A program made the position numbers and the translations under genes. A stretch of DNA of 62,821 nt, counting the filler, from Globobulimina sp. (lineage: Eukaryota), in the NCBI GenBank assembly GCA_003354225.1. It is 20 parts of 20 records of this genome, joined end to end, with 100 filler letters (N's around TTAATTAATTAA, not from the genome) between each part and the next. Parts side by side here need not be neighbours in the genome. Positions count along the whole stretch, not along the records: positions 47,202 to 50,245 come from PIVH01003904.1; positions 50,346 to 53,389 come from PIVH01003905.1; positions 53,490 to 56,533 come from PIVH01003906.1; positions 56,634 to 59,677 come from PIVH01003907.1; 16 more parts are not named here. One strand, given 5' to 3'. The notes under the pieces were generated by a model. That model worked only from the letters and a program-made list of their open reading frames with translations. It searched no databases and had not been told where the DNA came from. Shown here in pieces: positions 47,660 to 59,777 of the stretch (its first letter is position 1; each line of letters opens with the position of its first letter).

Positions 47660-49604
47660 ATGGCCGATCAAGGTGGTGAAGCCCAACCAGCAGCGCAACA
47701 ACAGGGTGCTGGATGGTATGTAATTTGTATACAACCAATTAAACAATTAAACACATATAAAAACACAGGATGTCCACGCTATTAAAATGGGGAATGATGT
47801 ATTTTGCCGTAAACATGTTTATGGGCAAATGGCGAGACACTGGCAATCCACCTCCAAAAGCACAAAGAGACAATGAAGGCAATCCCATACCAATCCAAAT
47901 AAGCCAACAGCCACATTCTCCATTATGGAAATCCAATGTCCCCTATAACTTAAGGTAAGCACTATACACATACATTATACACAAAACACATATTTCTATT
48001 ATACACACATTCTATCCTTGCACAGGGTCTATTTATCAGAAGAACCCGATTTATTTTCCGTAATCTACGCTCCCAACGCCATAGATTCATTGGTATACAC
48101 TAAACCCAATTTGCCCTTCTCCTGCGACACTGCCTCCTTCGCTGAAAAAGCCACCAATTTCACCGTACCGCCTTGCCTACAAAACAACGGTTCCTATTAT
48201 GCCCATATCGTCATGACTCAATCTGGCTATCCCTACGACGAAAAAGACGCAGATTACGACCATACGCGTGTAATATTTCGCAGCCATCCACTCACAACCT
48301 ACAGGAAAAAACCTACCAAAAAGAACCACTTATTATTCTCCTCGGCCTCCGAAGCACCGCCAAACTCAGAGTCGCAAACAAACGCTTCCGAAGCGGACGT
48401 GGACACAATTATCGCTTTCTGGAAGCCGCAATTAACCATTCGTCCCTTGTGCGACTTCACCACTTATAATCCCAACGCCATCCCACCGCAACTCCGCGAC
48501 CATTACGACATTGAGCCCGCCACCAATCAGTATCTACCCGTGTTATACATGGACGATTTCTGGCTATTATCCGACAAATTGATCGCGTTAAACAGCAGCG
48601 TCTCCAGCGTGCCGTTACTGATCTCCGTCTCTCCCATCTCGCAATGGAAGTTTATGCTGCAAATCCAAATGCAATCGCAATATGAACAACAGGCCAAATG
48701 GGGCATGGCCAACAGCGAAGAGGACAACGACGAAGTCCGCCGCCTATTGATGGAGAGCAACCCCATCTTGTTGGGTATCACTATGATAGTGACCGTATTT
48801 CACACAGTCTTTGACTTCCTTGCCTTCAAAAACGACATTCAATTCTGGCATAAGACGGAGAGTGTGCGCGGTTTGTCTGTGCGCAATATCTTTCTAAACT
48901 GCTTTTGTTAGTTTATCATCTTCTCGTATGTGATGGACCAGGACACGACGTGGATGATCTTAATCTCTTCGGGCATCGGAGTGTGCATTGAATGTTGGAA
49001 AATCACGCAAGCGGCCAAGGTGAGCTATGGCTTTGATGGCTATCCCTGGATCAAAGTGGAGGACAAAGAGACGTATTCACAGTCAGAGACAAAGAAATAT
49101 GACCAACAAGCCATGCGATATTTGTCTTATGTGTTTTATCCGGCGCTATTTGGATATACGGTGTATTCGTTGATGTATAATGAGCATAAAGGATGGTATT
49201 CGTTTGTGGTCGGCACCTTGGTGTCGTTTATCTATATGTTTGGCTTTATTATGATGTGTCCGCAGTTGTATTTGAATTATAAGTTGAAGAGCACTGCGTT
49301 TCTACCGTGGCGGATGATGACTTATAAGTTTTTGAATACGATCATTGACGATTTATTTGCCTTTTTAATTAAGATGCCGACCATGCATCGCTTGTCGTGT
49401 TTTCGCGATGATATCGTGTTTTTGATATATTTGTATCAGAAATGGATTTATAGGACGGATTATAGCCGGGTCAATGAGTATGGCTTTAAGAAAAAGGATG
49501 GCAGCAAAGAGGAGTCTGCAATTGAAGCAAGTGCGAAGGTTGAAGGAGAGCAAGGACGTGATGAGAATCATGAGATTGATGAGACAGCAAAAAAAAATAA
49601 CTAA
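47660..49604 (+). CDS. CLPTM1: CLPTM1-family membrane protein, 3 exons, with one in-frame TAG at 48909-48911
   Basis: Introns 47716-47768 and 47955-48025; FDFLAFKNDIQFW, GFIMM.PQLY.NYKLKS, YKFLNT.IDDLFAF and RVNEYG motifs. Confidence 0.9.
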
Positions 49605-49654
49605 CTTTATTTATTCATTAAAATTTAATCTTAATTCAAGTTTCAAGTTCAAGT

Positions 49655-50245
49655 TCATTCAAATTTGCCTAAATTATATTCTTTGTGCTTTGTGAATGTG
49701 CCATTTGCTATGACACTGATTCCAGCATTTCGGCCAAAGGTTTGCACCAAAATAACTGTTTTTGGATTTGATAAATCCACTTTGTACCCTTCAGGAACGA
49801 AGGAGGCAATTCCTTCAACGATGCTTTTTCGATCCAACTTTTTATTTCCTCTGTTTTTATAATTAATGGCATATCGATCCTCTTTGGATATGTCAGGCCA
49901 TGATTCCTCAATTACTTTTTGTGCCAATTTGAGCATATCAGAGCAACGTGAAAATGTGGTCGCATCCAACGGATACAATTTATAAGCAAATGGTGACAAA
50001 ATTGGACGGTTTGGATGAAATTTATCAAATACAAATTGTAATAATTTTGAGGCTTTCACCTTTTTATTTAAAATATCAATAATCACCAAACCATCGGGCC
50101 CCTGAATCCATTCACAAACAGAGGGCTTGCTTAAATTTGCTAATTCTGCATTGATGGCATTTGATATTGAGATCGAATTAATATTATTATTATTATTTAC
50201 CTTTATATCATCATCTTCATCTCGCTCCATTTCATTGCAATCTTT
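49655..50245 (-). CDS. THUMP-domain protein (Tan1/THUMPD1-like), 5' partial
   Basis: YAINYKNRGN..LDR..I, KVDLSNP..VILVQ and EYNL motifs. Confidence 0.8.
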   Translation of the reverse strand, partial: KDCNEMERDEDDDIKVNNNNNINSISISNAINAELANLSKPSVCEWIQGPDGLVIIDILNKKVKASKLLQFVFDKFHPNRPILSPFAYKLYPLDATTFSRCSDMLKLAQKVIEESWPDISKEDRYAINYKNRGNKKLDRKSIVEGIASFVPEGYKVDLSNPKTVILVQTFGRNAGISVIANGTFTKHKEYNLGKFE

Positions 50246-50345
50246 NNNNNNNNNNNNNNNNNNNNNNNNNNNNNNNNNNNNNNNNNNNNTTAATTAATTA
50301 ANNNNNNNNNNNNNNNNNNNNNNNNNNNNNNNNNNNNNNNNNNNN

Positions 50346-50678
50346 GAAACAGTAATTAAATTTCTTGGTTATTTCGCAAAGCAAGCAGTTAATAGTAAGC
50401 ATTTACAAAGTATTCGATTAATAAATAAATCTTCATTTAAAAGATCAGTTGGTAGCATAAATAAAGATAAATCATTAAAAATATGTAAATTAATAACATC
50501 ATTAAATGAGATTAAATTTATTGAATTATCATCATTAAGATTGCAAAAAAAGGAATTTGAATATTTATTATTTTGGTTTCATGGTAAATTTGGTCACGTC
50601 AATCGACAGAAACAACTTTGGAGTAAAGGCAATAAACATGTATTGTTAGATATAAAATTGACAAAAAATGAACTTTGA
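50346..50678 (+). CDS. 3' end of a hypothetical protein (not in the ORF track)
   Basis: 110 open codons from the contig edge to TGA (ETVIKFLGY...LTKNEL*). Confidence 0.55.
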   Translation, partial: ETVIKFLGYFAKQAVNSKHLQSIRLINKSSFKRSVGSINKDKSLKICKLITSLNEIKFIELSSLRLQKKEFEYLLFWFHGKFGHVNRQKQLWSKGNKHVLLDIKLTKNEL

Positions 50679-50721
50679 TTTTACTAGCTTGATTTGCGAA
50701 AACTTTTACCCTTTAATTACC

Positions 50722-51780
50722 ATGTCTTTCTTAACAGTATTTGGTTTTGGCAGTGTTGGTCAAAGATTATGTAAACAAGCAATTAACACAGGAATTAAAA
50801 TTCTCGCAGTTGCAGACTCTTCCGGTGCCGTAATATCACAAAATAGATCCGGTTTATCGGTTGAAACCTTAGATATATTATCATCATTCAAACAAACTGA
50901 TAAATTGGTCCATTGGACAGGAAATCATGAAAGAATATTATCATTAAATGATCTTTGTTTTGAATTACCACTAGATTCAGTTGTGGCAGATTGCAGCGCA
51001 TCTAATGAAACAACCAAACATTTAATATGCTGTCAACAAAGAAACATTCCAATCACAATGGCAAACAAGAAACCATTAACTGGCTCATTCTCAGAGTTTC
51101 AATCATTAACAAAAAATCGACAATTAATTCGTTTTGAGTCTACAGTTGGTGCGGGATTACCTGTTATAACATCGCTTTGTCGATTGTTAGATTGTGGAGA
51201 TTGCATAATTAAAATTGAAGGACAGTTATCAGGAACACTTGGTTTTATTTTAAGTGAATTACAATCTGGAAAAACAAGATTGAGTGAATCTGTTTTTAAA
51301 GCAAAACAACTTGGATTTACAGAACCTGATCCTAGGGATGATTTGTGTGGAATTGACGTTGCGCGGAAAGCATTGATTTTAGCCCGTTGTATGGGAATAA
51401 ATATGGAATTAAAAGATATTGAAATTGAAGCATTATATCCAAAGGAAATGGAATCATTATCAATTGATGAATTTTTACAAAATATAAGTTGTATGGATAA
51501 TGATATGGAAGAAAGAATTTTAAATGCTTCAAAAAATGGAAATAGATTGAGATATTTAGCAGTTGTGACAAAGGAGAATGTAAAAGTAGGTCTTGTTGAA
51601 GTGGGACAGGATAATTCATTGTATAATTTAGGTGGTACTGATAATTTAGTGTCGATGCAAAGTGAATGGTATCAAAGTCCACTGGTTATTGGTGGTCCCG
51701 GCGCTGGAGTTGATGTGACTGCTGCTGGAGTATTGTCTGATGTTTTTGAGCTTAAAAGTACACAAAAAACATTTATTTAA
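50722..51780 (+). CDS. Homoserine dehydrogenase, monofunctional
   Basis: GFGSVG, ANKKP, ESTVGAGLPVI, GFTEPDPRDDL.G.DVARK and GPGAG..VTAAGV.SD motifs. Confidence 0.93.
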   Translation: MSFLTVFGFGSVGQRLCKQAINTGIKILAVADSSGAVISQNRSGLSVETLDILSSFKQTDKLVHWTGNHERILSLNDLCFELPLDSVVADCSASNETTKHLICCQQRNIPITMANKKPLTGSFSEFQSLTKNRQLIRFESTVGAGLPVITSLCRLLDCGDCIIKIEGQLSGTLGFILSELQSGKTRLSESVFKAKQLGFTEPDPRDDLCGIDVARKALILARCMGINMELKDIEIEALYPKEMESLSIDEFLQNISCMDNDMEERILNASKNGNRLRYLAVVTKENVKVGLVEVGQDNSLYNLGGTDNLVSMQSEWYQSPLVIGGPGAGVDVTAAGVLSDVFELKSTQKTFI

Positions 51781-51804
51781 TAATTTTTTAATTGTTGCTA
51801 AGAC

Positions 51805-52461
51805 ATGGCAGAAAGTAAGGTTCTGATGGATGTGGATGTGGATGATGGTAAATTAAAAGATATGGAGGAAGAATTTGCGACAAGTTGGAGCGATCCCAAT
51901 TGGTTTCAAACATATCCATTGCATCATAATTCAATTTATGATTATTTTCAAAATTGTCCATTCTATGACAATCAATGTAATAATAACATTGTGTTGCAAC
52001 AACAGATGGGATTTGCGAATTTTGAACAACAATTAGCAAGCATGAAAGGGACAGAATACACGGTCGACTTTGAAACAAGAAAAAAGGAGTGGCAGACACA
52101 ACCATTGGAGTACACATCGTATTGTGTCATTTATAAATACCACCGATTATCACCAAAACAAATCGAATTACAACGCATTTATTATTGTCCTGGAATTCAA
52201 AATCATCCTCAATTTGGCTCTATATTTCCAATGCCATCAATAAATATGGTCTTTAACAATAAAATGAGAAATGCAGTGTATCACTTAAATAAAGCAATGG
52301 AATCATTAACAAAACATAAACAAAACATAAGCAAAAATAAAAAGAAAAAAGTCAAAAAGAAAAAATACCAAAATCATTCGAAAAATGATGACCAAATACA
52401 AGTGAAAAGGAATCAATACAGCTCATTGGTTGGCAGTTTAATCACTGATATTCAAAAATAA
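51805..52461 (+). CDS. MED6: Mediator complex subunit 6
   Basis: W.DP.W, DYF..CPFYD..CNN, L..M.G.EY and YY......G.I.P.P motifs. Confidence 0.85.
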   Translation: MAESKVLMDVDVDDGKLKDMEEEFATSWSDPNWFQTYPLHHNSIYDYFQNCPFYDNQCNNNIVLQQQMGFANFEQQLASMKGTEYTVDFETRKKEWQTQPLEYTSYCVIYKYHRLSPKQIELQRIYYCPGIQNHPQFGSIFPMPSINMVFNNKMRNAVYHLNKAMESLTKHKQNISKNKKKKVKKKKYQNHSKNDDQIQVKRNQYSSLVGSLITDIQK

Positions 52462-52571
52462 AAAGTAAAAGTAAATTTCACGACACACAGACGGCGTCAG
52501 ACGCAGATTAGATTTCCACTTGAACTAAAAACCAAAAATAAAACTTCTTGCTTACGTATACTGTGAGGATC

Positions 52572-53260
52572 ATGGCTTCAGGCTTACAGCGTATACCGCT
52601 GCTACTTGTGTTCATGATTGCAACATACTTATGCGCTTCACCAAACATACGCGAACCTGGACAGCTTTACGATGAGCTACAACACCAAGAACCGCCATTT
52701 TGTCCAGTTATATTTGTAAAATATACATAAATTGTTCATTATTTTCAATTAATATGTATTTACTTTTAGTCATATTCAATGGGTGGAATGGTAACACCAT
52801 TTGGATTCGAATCAATGCCACAAAAATGGCCAGGAAGTTCATCGACATTTGGAAGAGTGAGTTAACAAAATAATTTAATTAAATATATTCGTATTCATAT
52901 TAAAATAAAATAAAATACATAGAGAGTATCAACAAACTGTCATTCAGAATATCCAGATATAATTAAATGGGGCAAACAAGAAATAAATATTAATTTATAT
53001 AACAAACATTACAAATTCAAACAATTGTCATATATGCCCTTGTCGACCTATCCCGACCCCACACATATTATTTGCAGCAAATCTGTCTCAAATGGATATA
53101 ATATCATATTATTACAAGCAAATGGTGTCTTTGCAAATGAAACAATTCCAAAATATGACGGTGTCGGAAAATGGTATCCAAAAACATGGGCGTTATTAAT
53201 ATTTGATATAAATGGCAATGTCGTGAATGAATACAGACATTTAACCAAAGAGATGATATT
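52572..53260 (+). CDS. Secreted hypothetical protein, multi-exon, 3' end lost
   Basis: Signal peptide MASGLQRIPLLLVFMIATYLC; short AT-rich GT-AG introns. Confidence 0.45.
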
Positions 53261-53389
53261 TGCTGCACAGACTGGATCAAAGCCAGGGCCTGTTTTTCGC
53301 GGCCCTGGCCCATCTGTTCATTCCTGGCCAGCCCCACGGCCTGCCAGTCGTGACCATCTGTACTGACCTGCACGGCAGCCTCAGCCACG
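53261..53389 (-). other. GC-rich, probably bacterial coding fragment at the contig end
   Basis: Abrupt GC rise; VQVSTDGHDWQAVG resembles the S.DG..W motif of F5/8 (discoidin) domains. Confidence 0.5.
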
Positions 53390-53489
53390 NNNNNNNNNNN
53401 NNNNNNNNNNNNNNNNNNNNNNNNNNNNNNNNNTTAATTAATTAANNNNNNNNNNNNNNNNNNNNNNNNNNNNNNNNNNNNNNNNNNNN

Positions 53490-53733
53490 TACAAACCAAC
53501 CGGGGCGGTACTTTCTTAATGTCCCACCAAGGACATAAATGCTTCTCCTGTTCTTTTTTTGATGCACGAAATAGTAACATCGCACAAGTAAATAAAGATA
53601 TTCCTGTTGTTCTGAAAATTATTTTCAATCTTCTACGCCTTGATATTATAGTTTGTTGTTGTTGTGATATTTTTTCTATTTGTTTTGGAATAACTTGATA
53701 TTCCTCATATACTGCTCGCAACAATTTGTTCAT
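53490..53733 (-). CDS. 5' end of a small single-TM protein
   Basis: Open to the contig edge; one hydrophobic stretch. Confidence 0.45.
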
Positions 53734-53813
53734 TGATTAATTTGTGTGAATACCGAAAACTTTACTTACAAGTTACAACTCACTCACTCACACAAACATA
53801 AAGTCTCAGTGCT

Positions 53814-55352
53814 TTAATAATTGCCTCTTCCTCTGCCCTTTCTGCCGCCTTTGCCTCTCCCTCTCCCTCTGCCTCTGCCTCTCCTCGGTGGTCCTCTCCT
53901 GCCACCACTGCCGCCGCCGCCACCGCCACCACCCATAAGTCTCCTGCCCATGCCACCCAAAGCAGATTGTGCCATCCCCATAATGCCGCCGGCCTGGCCA
54001 TCATCATCATAGGTATCTAACCAATCACCTCTCGACTGCGAGACCACCACATTGTTTTTTATCAACGACGTCCTCAACAACACTGCTTTCATATCGCGTT
54101 CAAAATCTTCACCTAAATTTAACACATTTTGGAATAATTCGTTCCTTTTATTGGATTTACTCGCATATACTATCTTATTATGAGAATCTATCTTCGCCTT
54201 AATATGACTATCACCGATACAAACCGCCAATTCTTGCTCCATTTCGTGGACCGGCACCTTGAATGACGACGCCATTTTATTGATATCCATGGCCGAATAG
54301 GGACTAAAATATTGTACCAAGGCTTTGCCGCGGATTGCAGTCAATAATTGATCGACGCGTGGAAATAAATATAAATCGATAATCATATCATTGCGTAATC
54401 CATTCAAGCCACTCATCACTTTGCCATACTCAGAATCGTAAAATCCTTGAATGAGTGCATGAACTTTGGGTTGTAATTCTAAGAATCGCTTAAATTGCGA
54501 GTTATCGAGCACTCTCTTTTTTAACTGTATCCGAGAGAATGAGGCTAATGCGGCCAAACCACCATAGAGAGCCACATCGCGACCAGATAATATTTGTGGA
54601 AAGGAGTTGTTTACACTAAAATGGCAATCAATTAAATTATGCACAGCCATATCATATCTGCCATTGTATAAATTATATAAAGCTAAACAGCATAATACTT
54701 TTGATTTAAACTGGTTATCTTTGAATATGTCTTCGCTCGCCAATGCATGCGCGGCTTCAGATTTTACATGGCCAAATTGGCCTGATTTTATAGAGGTGAT
54801 CATTATTTTCAAATTGATGTCCAATAACATGCGCGTATCGCCCGCATACGACTTGGCCTCAATAAATCGAGAGATGGCTGTATTAAAATTGCCAATCGAT
54901 ACGCAATATTCTGCTGCTTCTAAATAAGATGAACAGATTTTCTCTCGATTTGATAAATTGCGCCATCTTTGGATCTCATCTTCTAAATAACGGACTTGTT
55001 TATCATTTTTTTGCGATTGTAAGGACATCCATTCACTATCAAATTTACAGACAGATATTCCTAGGATTTTCTGCCCTTCTTCCATTACCCGGTCATACAT
55101 TGTCACATCGATATTATTATTATTTCCTACTTCCGACACGCATAATTTATAACATTCTTTCTTTAATGATGGGCATACACGCGATATATGTAATAAACGA
55201 TCAATTTTTACTTTGCTTGTATAATACGATGCATATTTTGAAATATTTAACGATGCGTATTCAATTATTGTCGTCTTTTTTTGAATTGATGATGTCTTCT
55301 CTTCATACACTTTACTTTCTGATTCTTTCTCATCAACTTCCATGGACGCCAT
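53814..55352 (-). CDS. CSN1: COP9 signalosome subunit 1 with Gly/Arg-rich tail
   Basis: RLLHI...CP, DVALYGGL.ALASF.R, FKRFLEL.P, IR.KALVQYFSPY and AKIDSHNK (PCI) motifs. Confidence 0.92.
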   Translation of the reverse strand: MASMEVDEKESESKVYEEKTSSIQKKTTIIEYASLNISKYASYYTSKVKIDRLLHISRVCPSLKKECYKLCVSEVGNNNNIDVTMYDRVMEEGQKILGISVCKFDSEWMSLQSQKNDKQVRYLEDEIQRWRNLSNREKICSSYLEAAEYCVSIGNFNTAISRFIEAKSYAGDTRMLLDINLKIMITSIKSGQFGHVKSEAAHALASEDIFKDNQFKSKVLCCLALYNLYNGRYDMAVHNLIDCHFSVNNSFPQILSGRDVALYGGLAALASFSRIQLKKRVLDNSQFKRFLELQPKVHALIQGFYDSEYGKVMSGLNGLRNDMIIDLYLFPRVDQLLTAIRGKALVQYFSPYSAMDINKMASSFKVPVHEMEQELAVCIGDSHIKAKIDSHNKIVYASKSNKRNELFQNVLNLGEDFERDMKAVLLRTSLIKNNVVVSQSRGDWLDTYDDDGQAGGIMGMAQSALGGMGRRLMGGGGGGGGSGGRRGPPRRGRGRGRGRGKGGRKGRGRGNY

Positions 55353-55395
55353 TTTTAACTACAAAAAACTAATAATCAAACACCACAACTGAAAC

Positions 55396-56533
55396 ATGGC
55401 AACGGATCACACATCAAAAAGAGATTCGTTGTCTCAATCTAACCAAAAAAATAATAAATATCATATACCTGTTGTGGATTTTCAAGATTATAAGGCACAA
55501 CAAAGTGATATTCAATCATCGCGAGATGATATGTTTCTGGAATTTCAACGAAACCATCCTCATAGATTTAGTCAAAAAAAGAGGCATTCTATACGTCCAG
55601 CTCCAATACGAAATAGATCATCCATACACAGATCATCTACAAAGAATGATCAGACTCACCAGACACCCTTAACCCCTATGGAACAAATCCAAATTGCACG
55701 ACAGTCTCGTTCTAAATCACCGATGACGCCACATAAACATAAGCGGCCATATTCACCATCTCTATCGAATAAGAATTCCAATATTGTGACGTTCTCTGAT
55801 CTTCAGAACCATCACATAGCCAATCAAACTGAGCCTGTGTTTTTTAAATCAGTTTCGATTGATGAGAGAGCTAAGTATTATACAAATGCAGATACAAATC
55901 TAGCACAGATTGAAGATGATATAATGTCCGGCACATTCAAGTTACCCTTTCAATCCATATCACAGCCACAATCACCGGCTAATAGTGATGAGGCTGACGG
56001 CGACGGCGACGGCGACGCCAATTACATTACTAAACACCGGCAATCGTTGCATGCATTTAGTGCGGATGAAGAGGATGTGTATACTGATAATGAACTACGT
56101 CGCAGATCGCATAAACATTCCAGACGTAAACGGGCATCCTCTCATAGATATGATAGTAATATTATCAATATAGCCAATCGACATTCTCGTAAGAAAAAAA
56201 AAGGCGTCACCTTTAAGGCAACACCACCACGCAAATCCGCAAAACAATACACAGAAAATAAAGCCAGTATTAAGGCTGCATTTTTTAAACACAGAGGGCG
56301 GTCCCAATCTGATGCACAGACACATCACAGAGATATATTATATGCCGCTAAAAACTTAGGATTAACTGTACACAATGAACAAAATGACCCAAATGAAAGC
56401 ATTGATGAGGAGCTTCTGAATAAAAGGCCCAAATCCGCTCATTTTTGTGGCAGTGAAACAGAGTCAAGCAACATATTTAGAAGGAAGGACATCCGCAACA
56501 ATACTCGACAGCAACGCACAATGACCGATACAT
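55396..56533 (+). CDS. Ser/Arg/His-rich disordered hypothetical protein (3' truncated)
   Basis: Long open frame with low-complexity composition. Confidence 0.6.
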
Positions 56534-56633
56534 NNNNNNNNNNNNNNNNNNNNNNNNNNNNNNNNNNNNNNNNNNNNTTAATTAATTAANNNNNNNNNNN
56601 NNNNNNNNNNNNNNNNNNNNNNNNNNNNNNNNN

Positions 56634-59600
56634 TTTCAGTACAGATAATTATTGAAATGATAAATGTTCAAACATGTTTTATACCAAAATCGGATATTTT
56701 ATTGGATGTTTTGTTGTGTTACAAGGGAATGTAGAAAACAAATGGAAGCATGGTGTAAATAATTGGATCCGTATGGAATATTCTGATTTAATGGATACGC
56801 CATTCGATGTGTTCCAGCTAAAAACACTGATCTCTTCCGGAAATAATAAAATTCCAAAACGGATAAATTGGAATGACCATTTAAAGAATGAACAAATAGA
56901 AATGCAAAAGGTATGTGATAGAACCTACGATGATGGTCAATGTACATTGGAAAATATAGCAAAACCACAAGTTTGCATCACAAACAATCAAAATGCAATT
57001 ATTGAGATCAGTTATCATTGTAAACTTAGCGATGGATCTGTCTCATTAACACGAAATATCCGCGATATCTTAACAACACAAAATAGAAAGAATATTGTTG
57101 TAAATTGCATATCTCAATATAGCATAAAAGTGGATGAGCAAACAAATGAATTATTTGTGTCAAATATATTGGATCCTGTACCGTTTGCAAAGGATATATT
57201 TTATTTGAGTCATGAATTAGAAAATAAATATACTTTAAAACGATTGCAAAAAAATAGTTTGAATGAAAATATAGAATGCATTGTTTATGATGAAAATTTA
57301 AAAATCGTTAAATTGCATAACTGTTCAGATATCGATTCCATTCCAATTCAATACAAAAGATGGTTATTTTGGAATGATGGTAAATTAAGTTTGGGGACAA
57401 ATCCATATCAATATTTGAGTCATAATGGTAAACAATTAATTGTCACTTTGAATTTCAATGAGGCAGTGTCATGGTCGTTTGATGGCAGTTTGAGTGGATG
57501 TGCCGATGAAGAATGTAAAGATGCCAATACATTTAAAAATACCATTACATTTAATACCAATGCAAATGTTGGATTTTCCACCCCAATGTTCGATCCATTA
57601 TATAGAAAAAACAGTATTTATATGAATGGCTGGCTCGCGTTGAGTGACACTGTATTTTATCATAAAGATAATGTTGAATATTATGATTCGTTGGGCATAA
57701 TTGCAACAAATATGTATTTTGGCAGAAATATATATAAACATTTAATTGATGCGTATAATATAGAAAATGATTACGATTGGCATAAAGCAAAAGAAATTGA
57801 TTATATTTCCGGAGGTAATTTATTACTAATAAATGGTGCTTATACCAATTCAAACACAAATAATGCTAAATTTAAACAAAATGCAATTTATCATTCAATT
57901 AGTTCGTTGAGACAGCCATCATTAAAAAATGATTTATTTTCTCAATTTATTCAATTTGATAACAATATCACAAATATTCAAATATATAATGATAAAGAAA
58001 TTGATTTTGATGAACTGGATGAGAGACATTTTGGTATTTATTACAAAGTGTTTAATGAAATATCATTTGCCGATAAAACAAATATTTTAAATGATTTTTT
58101 ACTAAAAACAGCATCGTCATATCAGCAAAAATCTGATTATTATTGTCACCATCAATTATTATTTAAATATCCCTCATATTCATATGATACAAGTGACAAA
58201 TTGCAAATTAAAACCGCTGCAAATATTAATAATTATAATGATATTGTTAAACTATCAAATCCATATTTCTGTCGTATACCATATATTCCGGGCATTGAAT
58301 GTGTTTATGAATGCCAATGGGGCTATACTTCAATTTGTGGGCAAACAGCAACAACAACACTTGATCACAAACAAATCAATCCATATAAAATTAGACAATT
58401 TAAAACATTCATAAATTCAAAATGGAATCAAGATCCAATTCAATTTAGCAGTCCACAATGTTGCTCCATTTCGACAGTTTGTGAACAACATTCTAAAATA
58501 AGTTCTTTTTATTCCGATTCAAATCCAGCATTAATTGGTGAATTACGTGCAACCGAAGTTGACGATTTTCCTTTGTTAACAAGCATTAAATCTGAATCTT
58601 TTCCTTTTGATGTACAATCAGCAGCAATCCGTGTAAAATGTAAATCGTCAGATTTAATTTTAATTAATTACGGTTTAAATAGTGTTGATTCATCATATGC
58701 CCGTTTTTGTCAATTTCGTGATATTGAGCCTCATTTTGGTGCTCTATCAGGACCACAACCCGGCTGTAGAGGACCCACAGTGTTTTCAAGCGTAAATCAG
58801 GCATTATCAAAACCATTAATATGGGAAGAAAGCAAATCATTTTTATTAACTGAGTTTCAATGTGGGATCGCTGACACCTTATTAAGCAATCATTATAATT
58901 CTAAATTAAATGCATTACAAATTTATTCAAGAGTTCCAACTGAAAATTCAGAAATTTATAAAACCGAATGTGATAATTCTGTGGGGAATATAAAATTTAA
59001 TAAAAATGAATTATTATTTAAAAATCAAGCAATTTCAATAAAACAAGATCCAAACTTTCCGCAATGGAATGATGCAATAAATATTCCAATTTTATATCCA
59101 TTTAATTTACCGATTGGTCTATATTTCGATCAATCATTCGAGTTAAAAGGTTTCCCCTTTTCGTCATCCACCAAAACTTATGATACACAACTTTGTATTT
59201 CAAATATTGCACATTATCCGGATACTAATAATATATTATTTAATAAACGGAATTGTATTGATCTCAAAATGAAAACAGTTGATCCACCTCCAATGTTACT
59301 ATATTACCCATTAAATTCACATCGATTCACACATTTAGATCAGAAAAACTTTTTTGATTCAGATCATATTGAAATGCCTTTGAAACAAATACATATACTT
59401 GAAACTGGACAATCCTTTGAAATAAATCCAATCATTGAACCAAAGTTTTTATTAAAAAGTAGCACAAGTAATAGTAATAATAAATGTATAAATAAGATAT
59501 TTTATAAAACAGATGTTAGTGAAGGATGTAGCATAGGAATTGATTGCATTGGTAATATAAATAAAGGATTTACAATGATTGAATATACACAATATAAAAA

Positions 59601-59677
59601 TATTGCACTTTTTAACCATAATCAATATTTTGAATTATTAAATATTCCAAGCAATGTTTTCCAAACAAAACAAGAAA
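56634..59677 (+). CDS. Internal fragment of a very large Cys-containing, probably extracellular protein
   Basis: About 1000 intron-free codons; weak ricin-B-like and putative-Ig-like (LPIGLYFD...KGFP) segments. Confidence 0.6.
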
Positions 59678-59777
59678 NNNNNNNNNNNNNNNNNNNNNNN
59701 NNNNNNNNNNNNNNNNNNNNNTTAATTAATTAANNNNNNNNNNNNNNNNNNNNNNNNNNNNNNNNNNNNNNNNNNNN

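Noticed and set aside
47246-47738. ORF-track ORFs over the GC-rich block
   Set aside because: Shadow frames; the real coding signals are the minus-strand CHMI fragment and CLPTM1 exon 1.
48909-48911. Genome-wide TAG=Gln reassignment
   Set aside because: Other genes end in TAG, and no other long conserved ORF here shows in-frame TAG or TAA.
3050-59777. Regularly spaced TTAATTAATTAA motif resembling an array
   Set aside because: Artificial linker between length-sorted contigs; ORFs running into X-runs are artefacts.
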